NCBI GenBank assembly: GCA_965153455.1
Contig: OZ234493.1
Span: forward strand, 19,086,213 to 19,150,212
Direction: 5' to 3'
Length of the DNA: 64,000 nt
Source of the DNA: Sphagnum compactum
Lineage: Eukaryota
In this document: positions 34,818 to 50,555 of the stretch, piece by piece
Position numbering within the stretch: position 1 is the stretch's first letter
Layout: the number at the start of each line of letters is the position of its first letter
The notes under the pieces: model-generated
The model's database searches: none
Told to the model about the DNA's origin: nothing
What the model saw: the letters and a program-made list of their open reading frames with translations, nothing else
Position numbers and translations under genes: made by a program

Positions 34818-37800
34818 TTTGTGGGTATGTGGGTATGTGCCACATACATTAATTGCATATCTTGACATTGTGGAGGACTGAGAAAAGAGATTCTCACATG
34901 TGTGTTACCATAGCAAGAAGCTGAGTTTTGCCATTTGGGCTTTATCATCAACAATCACATCTCCTGCTACTCTACACTTTTCAAGAATCTCGAGTGTGCG
35001 GTGGTGACTTCTACACTTCCCACCAAAATTCATTTGCAAAGGATTGTTCAAAGAGCAACAAATTGCAAGAAACTCATTGCAAAGGATTCTTCTGTTTGTG
35101 TATTCCCATAGCAAGAAGCTAACCATCACAATTGGGGTCATCAATAACACACTTCCTGGTACTACTACTTTCCATTCTGCAATTTTCAAGAGTCCCCAAG
35201 TGCGCAGTGGTGATTTCTGCGATTGCAAAGGATTTGTTGGAAGAGCAAGCAATTATTGCAATTATGTGGATTGGCATGGCAATAGCTTTTGTACCATTTT
35301 TGAGAAGTTTTTTGTTCTTGCAGAGATCATACTGATGACTAAAACCATTTGTTTTAGAGGCACATGTAAAGACCCATTTTGCTTCATTTGATGCTCAAGA
35401 CAAAAACATGTTGATTGAATGTAGTGTTACCAAACTGAGAATGGTTCTTATCTGTGTTTGATGAATAATAGTGATCCAAGCATTGCAACATGGCATAGCA
35501 ACCTCTTCTTTATGCAACTTGTTGCAAGTAGACAAAAGTTTTTGTTGTTGTTATAAGACCTGCTGTAGATGGTACCTCTTGAACCTTGAGCTTGTTACTT
35601 TTCTGTTGATTTGATGTTGTTATATTTTACCTTAGGCTTGTGGGTTGAGAACTCATGACGGTCTTGGGAACCCTGACAATGTTCACAATTCCATCTTGTT
35701 TAACAATGTCCTTTGATCTTAATGATATCTTGCGATGACATTTTGATTTGCGAGGTGTATGGATACTTTATTTGTGCATGATGGTAGTATTGGTTGTGAA
35801 CCATGACAAACTTCTTAATTGTTCAAGCACAATTTGTCTCTCCGCAATATTCAAAATCATTGGAGCTTCCTTGCTAGCTAGATGATTGACAAACCTTATC
35901 CCCTTCTTTGATCGTTGTTGCATTGCGCTTGTCCATTGTGGCATAATTGGAATTTTGTGGGTTCAAAGTGATTAGTACAACATTTAGGAGGTGTCAGACC
36001 AAATTTTTGTATTAAACTTGGGGTATGGGGGATTGGTACACTATCTTGTGAAATTATAGGTTTGTTTCAATTCCATCCAAACTGTGTTTAATGTTTGCAT
36101 TTTGCACTAAAAATTTGAACATGTGGAATTAGGAGTTCGAAATTTTAAGAAACTTAAGGTTTTGATGATATAACTACTACAATCATGGTCCCATGAAGGC
36201 ACAATATGATGGTGATGATGATGATGATGGTGATAACAATGATGATGAATATTCATGGAGATGGATGGGAAATCTAGGCTTGTTAACAAATCACAAACCC
36301 TAACTTTGAAATATCCAAGAAAAATGATTAATCATTAGAACATGGCTAAGGAATTGGATTTGACAAATCTTCACCATCATTGTCAATGAAAATGTGTAGT
36401 GACATTGTTAGTTAACATGGAGGATGAAAGCGATATTGCTATATTTCAAATGTGAGATCGGACATGTCCTTTGTTGTTTACAAAATAATATCACATCACT
36501 ATCCATCTCTACATTATGATGCACACAATAGTTTGTTTTAACAACAACCAAAACTTTAGCTAAGGGAAAGGTTTTTCAATTTTCACAACAATACATGAAA
36601 TGAAAGTATCACTAATTTGCTTGGAGTTGCTAAGATAATCTCTTCACACTTCAACACTTGAGATTCTGACAAGTAGCATAACCAAATTCATGCACTAATT
36701 GTTTCACACGAACCACCCAACTAGCAACTATTACCATTAATCACCATGGCTTCCAACATTATAAAACCTAAATGTTTGTCCTTTTTGTGTAAGCATGAAT
36801 GAATCCAAGCTCTTTGGACATGTGCCTAGGTGATTGATATAAACTCCTTTACTCAAATTATCTTTGTCAATTAAAATAATTGTTAAAAACAAAACTTTTG
36901 AAACAAATTTGACATGCAGTACATGTTGTTGCCAAGTTTCCTTGTTTTGACAATGTGTTCAATGAAAATAATAAGTTTATGTTGGTGATTTGATAAGGCT
37001 TTGTAATTGTTGCGAAGGTCAATTGAAATCAATAAACATTTTAAGACAATGGGGCAATCTAAGGTGGACAATAAGGGTATTTGGTTGACATCAAAAGATG
37101 TCAAAATGAAAGTTGAGGATGCCAAGATCAAGGATAAGGTCATTAGGGACAACAAAATTGAAAACAAAGTTGTTGGGGTGGAATTGATGATTCAATCTAG
37201 TCAATATGGTCCATGACAAATTCACATAGGGAACATGTGTTTCAATTTTTTCAATGTTATTCTTCTTGCCACATGGGATTTTCAATACTTTAGTTCTTGT
37301 GCTTATTCCTCATTTCTTTTTGCATTTTGAAGTTCAATTATCATTTTAATGTTATCATTGCTCTATGGTTAAGTTGAACCTCTGTCTCAACCATAATAAT
37401 AAATGCAAGTCAAAATACAACGAGATGTAAGATGTATTTATCACATTTAAAACATCCTTAGGTTGAAGGACATTTTTTGTGGCAACCCTACCATTTTTTT
37501 TAATTCCATTTTTTTCTTGAATTTTCTTTCATGAATTGATATGTAAGGTTTAAGGTTTAGGTGATTTTCATTGTGGGCACATATTATTTTCATGTTTTTC
37601 AAATTTGAAAATCTTATTTCTTTGAAAGTTTTCATACATAGTTAACTTTTAAACGTCAAGGAGGACCAATTTGGTTTAACCCCTTTCACAATACTTTTAG
37701 GCAAGAACATTTGCTTCATAATATAACACACATGGGTTGTATTTATCACATCATTGAGCAAGGCCCACTTTTTTAATGATAAATTTATTTTTTGTTATTG

Positions 37801-40800
37801 GCTACCCATTATAAGAATTTTTGTGAAACACCCAACATGATAAAAAGCTCTAAGGAATTCTATGCAACAATGATGTAAAAGTTAACAAAGCTTTTTGTTA
37901 TCCAATAAAGTTATCCATAAAACATTCCAAATAAGGGATGAAACCTTTCATTAAAGGTCTAATTAAAATTCAAATGTTAAGTGAATAAATTTATAAATTA
38001 AATTGCGTTGGATGTTGGAATCACGACCAAACTCTTTTTAACATGTTCGCAAATGTTAAAAAGGAATTTGGTTTTAATTGTAATATCCAAGGCAAATCTT
38101 GAAGCTTGAAACAAGCAACCTCTTCTAGTTACAAGCGCGCCTTCCATGACACAATCACATCATATGAAATAAAATAAATGTGAACCAAACTATTTACAAA
38201 TGTAACGATGATAATTAACATAATTATAGTTAAACTATCAAACATTGAATAATTTTTTTTGTTTCACCAAGGCCTCTATTTTGTAAATTAAGCAAAATAA
38301 AATTCATATCACAATGTGACCGTTCACCCAAGTGAAATAATAAAATGTTATTCAAATTGTGCAAGATGGTTACCTATCACACAATTCACCAACTTGAAAT
38401 TGTCATTAAGGCTTAAAATAAACATTGTATGTCAAAAAAGGTCATAACAAAAGAATGATTTTTTTCTTGCTCCATTTTATTTGAAATTACAATGATGTTA
38501 TACCTTTGCCATTCAAATGTATGGCATTTGTTGACTTAAGCCCTTTCCATTTTGCTTTTAATGAAAAAATAAATTGCAACAAACACTAACACAAAATGTG
38601 GGTGTAGTTCACTAGTCCTTGTACACTAGACTAGTGAATTCACGGCTTGTTCATTGGTCCCTGTTCACTACAACCAATGAATTCACTCAAAATCCAATGA
38701 AATCACTTGGTGTACAGGGACACCTTTTGTTGTAGTGGAATAAACTTGAAAATATTTGAAATTGTGCCTTTTAAAATAAATGATTATTAAGAACCTTCTA
38801 CCCCACACATTAGAAGGCAAATGTGTGGGTTATTGATTCCATTACATATCCTATTGATGTCAAAACATGGGTGTGTTTGAAGTGGTGTGTTTTTTTTATC
38901 AAACTTAGGCCCCTCATTTGTTTGTGCATATGTGCCGTTTTGCCACCCATATGCAAGAGGGAACATCGCATTCTTTAGGCTTTACATGGGACCTTTCTTA
39001 ATATTGTCTCATCTCACAATTCAATAATGGAAATCATGCAAAAATTGTTTTTTCATGAATTCATATTTTTTGCACATGGATGTTGTGTGTTTAAAATGTG
39101 TATGATTAGATGTATAAATATGATAAAATATTTTCATAAACATTCACATTATCAAGTATGTTAATTTAATTGTTCAATTAAATCCCAATTAACTAAAGAT
39201 AAATTAAATTAACATAAGGGGTTTTATTTCCAATTAATTCATGTGTGAATAAGGTTCAAGATATTTTTGTTGATGGAATAAAATCCTAGGTTATGTGAAT
39301 TCAAATCACTTTTGGTGATTTGAAATTTAGAACACACATGTTTTGCTGTTACAATTTTTTATGTTATGCAAAAAAAATTGCACAATTTTTTTTGAGTTTT
39401 GCTTTGTGTTTTGTAAGCTTGGATTCGTGTTTGTTGTAGGTGAGTTATATTATTTTGACTTTGGATATGTAATATCATTCAAGGTGTCTCTGTGTTATGT
39501 GTTGTTTATGTCATGATAACAATGGTTATAAATGCCAACATAGAAACAAACAACATGAAAATTCATATATTTTCATGAATATACATATGAAATTATTTTA
39601 TCCTACTTATATGTGCATTATACATGATCTAAATACACAACATTTGTGTTCAAAAAATAAAACCCATAAAAAAATGATTTTCACATAATTTTTATTATCT
39701 GATTATGGGAGGGGAAGTTTGTGATGATTAAATGTTAATCACCATAATCTCATGTTGAATTTTGGTGTTTGGTCAAGTTTTCTTGAGATTTTATGGATAA
39801 TAAGAAAATGGGGGTGATAAAATAATAAGCTATCAAATACAAGTTGAACTGGGTATGATTTTAAAAATAATTTTCATATTTTTTAACACTTTGAAAATAA
39901 GAAGTGAATCAAATGATGGAGTGCCATTCCAAATCACAATCCCAAACTGTCCAAAGTTTTTATTTGCCCCCCCCCAAAAAAAAAAAACAAATTATTTCTT
40001 AAAACTTTTCTTGGATGGCCAATTTTGAACATTCATTTCTCATTCATTTCAAGTCATTTTGGGATAGTTGTTTTCCTATGTGATTCATATACATGCCTTC
40101 TATTCACCATCATTTTTATTGTAATTAAAGCACATCATCTTGATCAAATTCTCCAAAAACTTACAATTTTGAAAATTGCCCAAACCTAAAAAATTTCAAT
40201 TGTAAATTTTCCATTCCTCATTTTTTAAAAACAATTTGTTGAATCATTGAACTTGAAATCCTCTGCAACTCCATTAGTTAGATTTTGAAAATTATAACAT
40301 GTTACGTGAGTTTTAGTCCCATTTGTGAGGGTTAGTCCATTTTTTGGATTGGGATTGTTTTTTAGATTATAATCAAAATTTGAAAATTCCAACATTTTGC
40401 ATGATTTTTAATCCCATTTGTGGGGGGTTAGTCCATTTTTTGGATTGGGATTGTTTTTGTCAAGTCTCAATTAAAAGTTAAAGGTACACAAAACTCAATA
40501 TTTTTTTTCATCCAATATTTTTTTTAAAATCAAAATTTAAAATTTTCAATTGACAAAAAAGATTCAATTGAGTTGGTTTAAATAGAACAACTTAAGTTTC
40601 CATAAGTTGTCCATTTGGGATGATAAGTCCAAATTGGAATTTGTTTAGTCAATTCCTAATTGTCAATACCTTGTGGACCAATTTGCATAATAATATTCTT
40701 AGTTGAATGCAAATTAGTTAAAATTGAATTAAATTTAATAAAATTTTCATTCAATTTATTTGAATTCAATTCAATCTATTTGAATTAAATTTAGAGACTT

Positions 40801-41471
40801 GAATCCAATTTTATTCAATTCCATTCAATTTATTTGAATTAAATTTGATATTATGTTGAAAATTGATCCACAAAAAATTAAAAGAGTTTTATTGGAGTGT
40901 AGATAAAGAGTTTTATAGGTACACTCCAATAGATGAATGTTTTGAAACGAGTTGGCCTCGCCTTATAAACGAAACTCATTCATCCAAAGTCAGGGAAAGG
41001 AACTCTCCTTTGAAGACGTAGAATCAGGGCTCGAAGCCCATTAGGGTTTGATGATCCCGCGTCCGTGTTTGTAGACTCGGATCGAGTTTCTTTGGACCTC
41101 AAAATTGGCCGTGCGATCTTTCACGCATGAATGAGAATGCGCAGGAATTGAATTACTCAAGTTCCACGCTTTCGGAAGAGCTAAAGATCGCCAAAAACGG
41201 TGCTATTTGGAAAGGCTTTTGGAGCTTCTGAATTGTTGACTTGGTGGCGTTGGACAGCGAGTGTCGAGGTGATTGAAGCTTTCGGAAGCTCGATCGCGAA
41301 GAAACCGGGGGGGGGGAAAGGAGATGGACGATGATGAGCACGGAAAGGGATTGAAGGCGCTGAAGGAGTCGTCATCCTTTTGCGTGGTCTAAGCTTTGCG
41401 GGAGGGTGTTGGGAAAAAGGTGGTTGGAAGTGTGAAGGGGAAGGAGTTTGTGAAGCTTTTAAGGGGAAGTC

Positions 41472-44400
41472 ATGGGGGCGACGCGAAAGCTTCAAGGCGA
41501 GATTGACAGGGTGCTGAAGAAGGTACAAGAGGGCGTGGATGTGTTCGACAGCATCTGGAATAAGGTGCGCTGGTTTGTTTCTGTCTCTCGCTGGCCTTTT
41601 AAGGGTTTATATAATAGCTTGCTTGAAGAAACGGTGGCAAGATCTCCTGCATATGAGCTCAGACAATGCCATGGCCGTAAAACCCATGCTTGATATAATG
41701 GCAGACTGAACAGGAATGGGATCATGGTTCTTTGTTCAATTGAGAGATGTTTTTCAAAATCAGATCAGATGTTATCTTGGTGAATTCTTGTGAATTCCTT
41801 CACTTCTTGTAAACTGCATTAGAGCTGAAGATCGAAGTAATGGAGATCTGCTGCTGTGCGCTCTGGATTGAAGACCTGTTACTGCTGCTATTTTGGTGAA
41901 TTTTCTTTGATGTTTTGGGATTGCAAGGTCGGTCTCTATGGAGTGTTGTGTGGTGATTGACTTCTACAATCTGGAGTTGTTTCTTCAGCTGTACTTGTTG
42001 CAGGTTTTTGAGGACTTTTGTGATTGGAATTATGGCCTGTGGTGACAATGTTCTTGATTTGAGCTTGATAACGCAGGTGTATGATACTGAGAATGCAAAC
42101 CAAAAGGAGAAGTTTGAGGCTGACCTGAAGAAAGAGATTAAGAAGCTGCAACGCTATAGGGATCAGATCAAGACATGGATCCAATCCAGTGAGATCAAGG
42201 ACAAGAAGGTGGTTTTCATTCTTTCTTCTGGTCCTCTTCTTCCTTTGTTCATGGTTCAAAAGGACAAGGATACCCTTCTTATTGAAGCTACAAATCAAAT
42301 CCAAGCTAACATGTAAAAGTTGAGCTCCAGAGAGAGTTTGAGAAGGATTCCTGACATTTTATGTGTTTTCTGGGTCTGTGTAGTCACTACTTGATGCTCG
42401 AAAACTCATAGAAAGGGAGATGGAGAGGTTCAAAGTGTGTGAGAAGGAAACCAAGACAAAAGCGTTTTCCAAAGAAGGCCTAGGCCAGCAACCAAAAACA
42501 GTATGGTTTTTTTCCCCTTGCGATTCTTTTTGAATATGAATTACATATTCTTTATCAATATGATTTCCATACTGTTGTGGGTGGGTAGGTTTGATTTTCA
42601 CACCAGTTGGCATTAATTGATGGTGGTTGCAGGATCCAAAGGAGAAAGCTAAAGGGGAGTCACGAGATTGGTTGAATAATATGGTATAGCAGCTCAATGC
42701 CCTTTTCTCTTGCTTGAATTTCTATTGTTTGGAGACTACATTTTACAGTTGCCGGAATGGAAATTTCTCAATTCTTATGAGAGATATTTACAGTTGCTGG
42801 AAGCACACCTTTTTAGACACCTCAGGATACCATCTCATATGCTTTGGATCTTCGATTAGGAAATATTTTGTCATTTGTTTGGCCAGCCTTTGACACTGTT
42901 CCTGCCTGGCTACTTCTTCAGAGGAGGAAGTATTTCAGAACTCCTCCAACACAAAATGCAATCCAAAGGATGATGGTCAACGTGGAAATCTTGGCATATA
43001 ACTGACCTACTGCGAAAAACACATTTGGTTTAGGCAACTTCTGATGGACTTTATTCTTGTATCATAGGTCAGCGAGTTGGAATCACAAATTGATTCATGT
43101 GAGGCTGAGATGGAGGGTCTTCAAGTCAAGAAGGGGAAGGCTCGCCCTCCACGCTTGGTAATATTTTCTAAGCTATTGTGGATTTCAGTACTTCAGATTC
43201 TGCCAAATTTGGAGTTGTCAATTGTCAGTGTTATATGTCCTTTTAAGGCTTTGTAGCTCAGAAGAATTCATCCTTGCTCAAACAGTGACTGTAATTCGTC
43301 TGGTGAGGAGAAATGTTACTCTTCGAAGTTTCAATGAAATCGAACCATAGTTTAGCTTAATAAGGAAATGATTTCTGTTTGATATCTCTGGCATGATCTC
43401 TGAGGACAAAGTGAGCTTTGAATAGCTCCCTATTAGACTTAAGAACCCCTTGAAGTAATTGTTGAAGATGTTTCTAAGCTGTTGAAATGTTCCTGGGTCT
43501 TCTGCAGTAGCATGAAAATCCCTTTTGAACTTTTTTTGAGCAACTTGCCTGAGGTACTTGTCTCTCAGGTTTCAAGTAACAAACTCTCCAAGTTGAACTC
43601 CTAATAGGGCATCATGTGCAATATAGTGTTAGGTGACATATTAGTCTTCTGTCCATGGCACAAGGATAAGCAATCAATTTATATTCTGCCTGAATCCTTT
43701 CAAGTCCTGTGTGTGAGTCTTCTCTGAGAGAGTAGATCAATCAGGTTTGGGTTTCATCTGCATGGTGCCTCAATGGGTGGGGCAGACACACTTGGAGGAT
43801 TTGATAACACGGCACAAGCTGCACATTCAGAAGCTTGAACTCATCCTGAGGCTTTTAGACAATGATGAATTGAGCCCTGAACAGGTCAATGATGTGAAGG
43901 ATTTTGTTGAGGATTACGTTGAGCGCAACCAGGTAGCTCTCTTTTGTTATTTGTATGTTTTTTTTCCTACTTAGTTTGATTTTAAAAAGATGTAAGCTCT
44001 CCATCAGACCATGTGCAAGCTTATGCTGCTAGAAACTGCCTTCTGGGATGTTGTCCACACTTGTTTTTGACTCAATTCTCTTATGAGGAATTGTGTGGCA
44101 TTTTCTTCCTGTTCAGGATAACTTTGAGGAGTTTGCAGATGTGGATGAGATTTATCAATCGCTTCCACTTGATAAGCTTGAAGCTCTGGAGAATTTGGAT
44201 GCTATTCCAATTGTGCCCCCTGCTATTGTTGTCAAAGAAAAGGTACCTTCCTAGAGCTCGCTCAATCTTTTCTTGATTGTAGTACAAATCATGCAAATTG
44301 ATATGGAGTCATGAGTGAGTGATCGGTTTTGCATATGAGGTGTTGTTCTGTATCACAGCCTCACATGTACTCCATGCTTCCATTACTTTGCCAATTGTAC

Positions 44401-47400
44401 AACATTCTGTAAGTATTGGCATAAGATCAATGAACTGCTGCATCTAAGGTTCTGATTGCAGCTGTCAGCTCACTGAAACCATATTGCCCATAGTTGTATC
44501 CCACTTTTGGCATCAGTGAACCAGAGAGTTTTCTCTCCTGCTTGAACCATTATTTCCTCTTACTGTCTCTTGGAGCCCAAAAAGATAATTGAGTTACAAA
44601 CCTGTACTTTTGAACCTGCACAATTCCAAGGGAACATTGTCTGGATTCTAATTGGTCATAGTAGTTCAGGATTACCTAACAAAATGGCATTCTGCAGGTT
44701 GTAGCATCTGCAATAGTTGGGGTTGGGGCATCACCACCAGCGTCACCATCATCACAGTCCCAGATACTTGAAGACAGTGCAACCTCCGAAGCATCTACTG
44801 AGTCACCAAGGGCTCAAACACCTTCTGTCCCTCTGTTGGGAAACTCTCCTACAAGTGGATTGATTCCTGGTCCTCAAGAAATAGGGCCAGGTGCAGCAAC
44901 AGCAGTAGCTTCAATGACAGCAACAACTCCATCTCATGGATCAGGCAACCCTACCAATTTGGGTATCCTTCCAAGTGCTGCAGCAGTAAGGCCGCTTCCT
45001 GTAAAACCATCTAGTATGGCAACTACTCTAGAGCACACTGCAGTGAGCTTGCTTGGAAGGACCAATGAGGAGCAAGGAGGTATAACAGGGTATAGAACTG
45101 GACCCAGCATTACTGATGGAGACTTGGTCAGAAGTGTGAGTAGAGGTTCAGGAGTTTCTATCCACACACCACCCCATGTGTCTCTTGGGATTGCTGGGGG
45201 CTCTCTAGGCTCCAATCTACATTCAGGTGCCTCTCCTCCTGTGTTGGATTTGAATAAGAGGTTGGGGTTGGTTGGTGGTGAGGATAGACTAGGAACTGGT
45301 CTTTCACAGGAATCTGCAAGCTCTCTGGGTGCTCAAAGTCAACCTTTTGCAGCTACTGGTGCAAAGCTTGGAGAAACTGGTGGCTCTACTGTTGATGGTG
45401 CAGAAGGAAATCACAGTGGTGGGTGCATTTTCACTCCTCCTGGAATTTCTGGTGGGCAATGGAGACCACATACTGCAAGCACACTGAAGGCCCAGCAGGC
45501 AGAGTTGGTAAGAAAATGGTTACTTCAAGGCTATGTCTATCATCTCTCTCATAGAAATAATTCACAATTGCCCAGTCCTGGGGTTGGGATTTCTCACTCT
45601 TGCAATGTTTTGTCTGTTAATTGTAATAAAACATTTTCTTTGTGGAGTGTCCTTTGCTTTTGTCTCTGGCTGTACCAAGGTTGACTGCATCTATGGTGAT
45701 ATGTCAAGGAAGGTACTTTGCTGGAAGCAACAGGGTGCAGCTATAACTTTTGGTATTGGCTACTGGGTTGGAGGTGCAGGGTCAGTTTCATGGCCGCACA
45801 GAGATTGCACCTGATCAGAAACAGAAGTTTTTGCAACAGTTGCAGCAAATCCAGCAAGGTCATGGTACTGTTGCCACCTTGCTTGGCGCCCGAGGATCAT
45901 CCCAGATCCCTCACCTTGCTGCCCCCATGCCTAAACAACCCCTAGGACCTCAGCAGCAACCAGCATTTCTACAGCAGGTTTCTGTTCATGGCTTACTGAT
46001 ATAATTCTCTATGCGTGTGTAAGCAGACTGCTCACCAAGGATACTCAAGATATGTAATGAACTGTTGACCTGTTTAATTAGATGCTGCCAATTGTCCAAG
46101 CACATAGTGCCATGGTTTTTCTTAAGAGTTTCTTGTGCCATGTGGATTTTGCTTATTTTAGTCTTGAGTCCTTCAGGATTGGGAATGAGTTTAAGCAGTC
46201 CTGTGTGCTCAGTGCAAATGAAGGGGGTTGATATAAGTGTTTGGCTTTTGATGACCTACTTGATCTTCTGGTTGACTTCCTTATGAGATTTTGATTTTGT
46301 ATGCAGGCCCAGATTCAAAGTCTGCAACAGCAGCAGCAACAACATAATTCTACTTTGCTACCAACCCAAATGGTATCAATGCCACAGCAGCAGCCACCAT
46401 TGGGTGTGGCGACAAGTCCGCAGGCCCTTTCCCCAGCTTCAACACCACCAATCCCACCTCAAAACTCGCAGTTGCCCACGCCCCAGTCTTCTGCTCACCA
46501 GATCCCCAGACAACTGTCCCTTTCATCCACAACATCTTCTAGTGAGAATGGTCAGTAGGTGTAATCCACTGCTGTTCTTAATTTGTTAGTGGATGGAGTC
46601 TACTTCTGTACCTCTCTGTCATTGCCAAGTTGGGGTTGTAAACTGTAGTGATCTCAGGTGTTTGAAGATTCTTCCTTTTTGTATTTTCAAGATGTCCCAA
46701 CTGTACAGGGAGGTTCAGAGCATAATGAACGACTGCTACATGATTTGCTCAGAAACAGGTGTAAGAGCTGTGGAGCAAGCAGTGCAGCAGATTTCACCGC
46801 AGCAGACAAAGCCTTTGGAGGAAACAAACAGTGATGCATCTGTGTTGAGTGCGGTTTTTTCTAGAAATGTATCCCTCAGCGAAGATGACCTGAAGAATGC
46901 TGACACATTTGATGTTTCAGTGAGCTACGTCCAACTCCACAGTCAAAGTTATTCTAGTATTGCAATCTCCAGGAAGTACTTAGACTTTTATGCTTGGACA
47001 CACAGGATTTGTATCTGAGAGATTGTGACACTAATCTTGTATGCAGATTGGTGGACCAGGGACATTAGCAGAGTTCAGCCAGCTATCAAGGGATGCAGAC
47101 TTTGCACCAGGGCAAGTGGTATCATCTTTACAGCAGCGTTCACCTGGTCCAGGTTTGATAGGGAGAAGAAGTATGAGTGACCTGGGTGCCATTGGTGACA
47201 ATCTGAGTCCAGCACTTGGGGGAGGAAATGCCTCAGGACAGCATGATCAACTGTTCAATTCACAGGCCTTAGAGGCTGCATATCGCAAACTTCCCTTGCC
47301 AAAAGACTCTGAGCGACCCAGAAGCTACATCCCAGTAAACTTTTTGCTCTCTTCTGCACTTGAGTAGTTGCTCATATTTACTTTGGTTTTCCTGTTTGAA

Positions 47401-48478
47401 TTTTCTTTGAGCTTCTAGGTGATGCTGTTCAGTTCTTATTATCCTCCCTCTGTTTTGAGCTGAATACTCAATGTCAACCAATCATCAATTCTGTGGTTGT
47501 TCTTCTGTTTGGGTCTCTCTCTTTACTGTGTTGAATGTTTCCTGTTTTCTGCTTATGTTGTTCCAGGCTCCTGTGGCCTTAGTGTTTTCGTTAATCTTCA
47601 TTTTTCTTTTTAATTAGTGTCAACCTAAATTGACTCATTGTGATCTGGACTGTTGTATGCAGAGGAACCCAGCTGCAACTCCATCCAGCTATCCACAAGC
47701 TCAAGCACCTATTGTAGATAATCCAGCCCTGTGGGAGCGACTGGACACGGATGTGCTCTTCTTTGCCTTCTACTACCAGCAGGTTTGGTCTACTCCCTCT
47801 ATCTCTGTTGGCTATTGTGCACATTTTGAAGCATGTGTTTCTGAGCATAATGTATTCTGCCACAGGTGTATAGCAAGTAGTTATATTTCTATTTTGTATA
47901 CAACTTATGCTTCATGCTTGAAGTTGCATATGGAATTGTTTCAATTTTGTCTTCAGAAGAACTTTGGTTTTACTTGCAGGGGACATATCAGCAGTATCTG
48001 GCAGCAAGGGAGCTGAAGAAGCAATCTTGGAGATACCACAAGAAGTACAACACATGGTTTCAGCGTCATGAAGAGCCAAAGATCACAACAGATGAATATG
48101 AACAGGGTACCTATGTGTACTTTGACTTTCATATTGTGCATGATGACTTCCAACAAGGCTGGTGAGTCTCGAATTTTTTTATTGAGGTTGACATTATACA
48201 GCTGATGTTTCTTTCTCTCTGTCGGGGGTCATTTGAACCAGTAACCATTATCTTATGTTACATTGCTTGTCAGCCACCTTGTTCTTTTGAAATCTTTGTA
48301 TCCAGGTAGAGCCAGATTTTAAGAAATTGGTTTGTTCTCAAATGCTTCACAAGCCTCACATGCTGATTATTGATACCTTGCTGGTGGGTTTTGCATTGGG
48401 ATGTTGGAAAGGTGTCAACGGATAAAGACAGAGTTCAGATTTGAGTATAGCTACCTTGAGGATGAGCTTGTGATCTGA
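41472..48478 (+). CDS. NOT3: CCR4-NOT complex subunit NOT3 (NOT3/NOT5 family)
   Basis: 15 exons: 41472-41564, 42077-42208, 42384-42500, 42633-42683, 43068-43157, 43786-43932, 44117-44242, 44698-45507, 45780-45977, 46307-46550, 46753-46919, 47047-47334, 47663-47782, 47980-48161, 48412-48478. N-terminus [43 protein letters not shown]-terminal NOT-box [49 protein letters not shown]. Confidence 0.96.
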
Positions 48479-50555
48479 CGTCACTCCTTTCCCCTCTGCA
48501 TACAAGCTTCTGTAAGATTTCACCACTAATTGCTGCTGCATCTTTAAGGCTTCCTTCTAGGTAAATATCTGTGTAAATTATTGCATCTTATTACACATTA
48601 TACTTGACTCATCTTAGGGGTTGCTACTGATTTGGGCTGCAGTTTGACCTATAACCAAGATGTGCATGAGCCCACTAACTCCACTTGTATTTGGTTTTCT
48701 CCCATTCTTTTGGTTGGTTATACCTTTGACTCTAGATTGTTGATGCACTGTACAATCTGGAGTTCTCTCCATGTATTATGCAGAAGAAACACAACAAAAC
48801 TTCCTTTCTAAGAATTTGGGTTTCCAACTGACAGGCAAGCAAAGAGCTCTTACATTCCAAAACAGTCTCAAACAGACACAAAACCAACTTCACCTTGAAG
48901 CAGAGTTTAATTTTACTGTCATGGACTTCTTCTGTGATTGGGTTGTTTCTCAAAATTTCCAACTGCCCCATCAGATTCTATTCCATGGGACAAGGGTTCA
49001 TCACCCAAATCTTCTGGAAATCAATGGTGCAATCCCACAGTTGTCTGGTTGCTATTTGCTTCAAAATGTCCAATGCATTTGCTGATGCTGAGGGCCATGC
49101 CACAGGCAGAAATTACATGAACGAAGGAATGTTTTGGTGTGGGAGGATCTACAATTTGATGACATAAAGTTATAAAGTCTCAGACATATGTGAAGATAAG
49201 TTTGTGTGATGCAGGATTCGTTGGGCGAAGGATGGAGAGCAGCCTGCACAACAGAGTATTGAGCTGTGAGTACTGGATGGTGTGCATATGATGAACTTGT
49301 GCAAGTTTGTTATTTTACGATTGTAATATTTTGTTTTTTTGCTCGTTAAGTGGCCACTATCGAGTTATTGGGGGTGGGGGCAGAAATGCTAGAGAAGGTT
49401 ACACATGTAAAGATAAACCTGTAAACTGTGTGTTGAACTAAACAACACATAATGCTAAACTTTTGTTAGCCTATTGTAAAAAAACCTATCACAGAGGCCA
49501 TGAAAATCCAAAATGTTTGTCAGGAAAAAATAAAGGAGCTGCACATGACATTGGAACACATGTCTATTGTGGCATCATCCAGGAGTTTTTGTTTTTCAAA
49601 CCTGCTCATTGCTAGATGATGGTTAAGAATGAAACACAGACCCTTGCATTTTCAACTGGTCGTGAACTTGTTGCATGTTTTCAGTCTTGAAAGCTTGGAA
49701 GTTTAGCTTTCAGACTGGAATTGGGGTTATGGTTTAGGAATCCTCCACTACTTTTTTTTTTTGGCTTTTTTAATCCTTCTTTATAATTGTACCTGAAACT
49801 TTGAACAACAGAGCCTCCAACCAGTTGCCAAAAAGAAATTTCCTATGGAATGGTTTGTGGTTCTAGTCTTCAATGATTGGAGGTGAAGATGATGGAGACC
49901 AGAGGGTTGTTCACTTACAACAATTTCCAATGTTCTTCATTCTTTACAAAGCAAATGCAAAATCAAGAAAGTAGAGTGAGCATTTTATGTGGAATGGTTG
50001 ATCTCTTCGCTTCCAACATTGGCTTCCATAGCTGATTGTTGCACATGATTTGCTCAGGATTTGTAAAGAAAATAGAGCGGCAAAGTAGAATGCCTATGTT
50101 GTGAAGTTGTGTGCGGACAACATGAGGTTGGTGGGCAACAGGTAAATTTTGCCAATAAAAAAAAAGGCTGGTGGGCAAGGGTCTGAAGGTAGTCACCATG
50201 GCGGCATTGCTACCTAACACAAACTGAACTGGCCATTTTTGAACCATGTAAGCTAACACCAAAATAACACTTTACTTTGTTCACATTGTGCTATTATCCC
50301 ACATTTAGGATCTTTTTGGTGAAATTTTCCAAAAAACAAAAAAAAAGCAAAATTAGTTGATTTTATACTAGAAGAACAAAATTTACCAAATTCTTCCAAA
50401 TTTGTGTGTGGAAAAAAAACAAAAAAAATTGTTTGTTGAATTTTTTTCACTCATGGCAAATGCCAGCAACTCTGACTTAAGGTTTGCAATAACACTTTTT
50501 AGTTGATTTTACAAGCAAGACATTTCACTTCATTTTAGCTTGTTTTTGCTCATAA

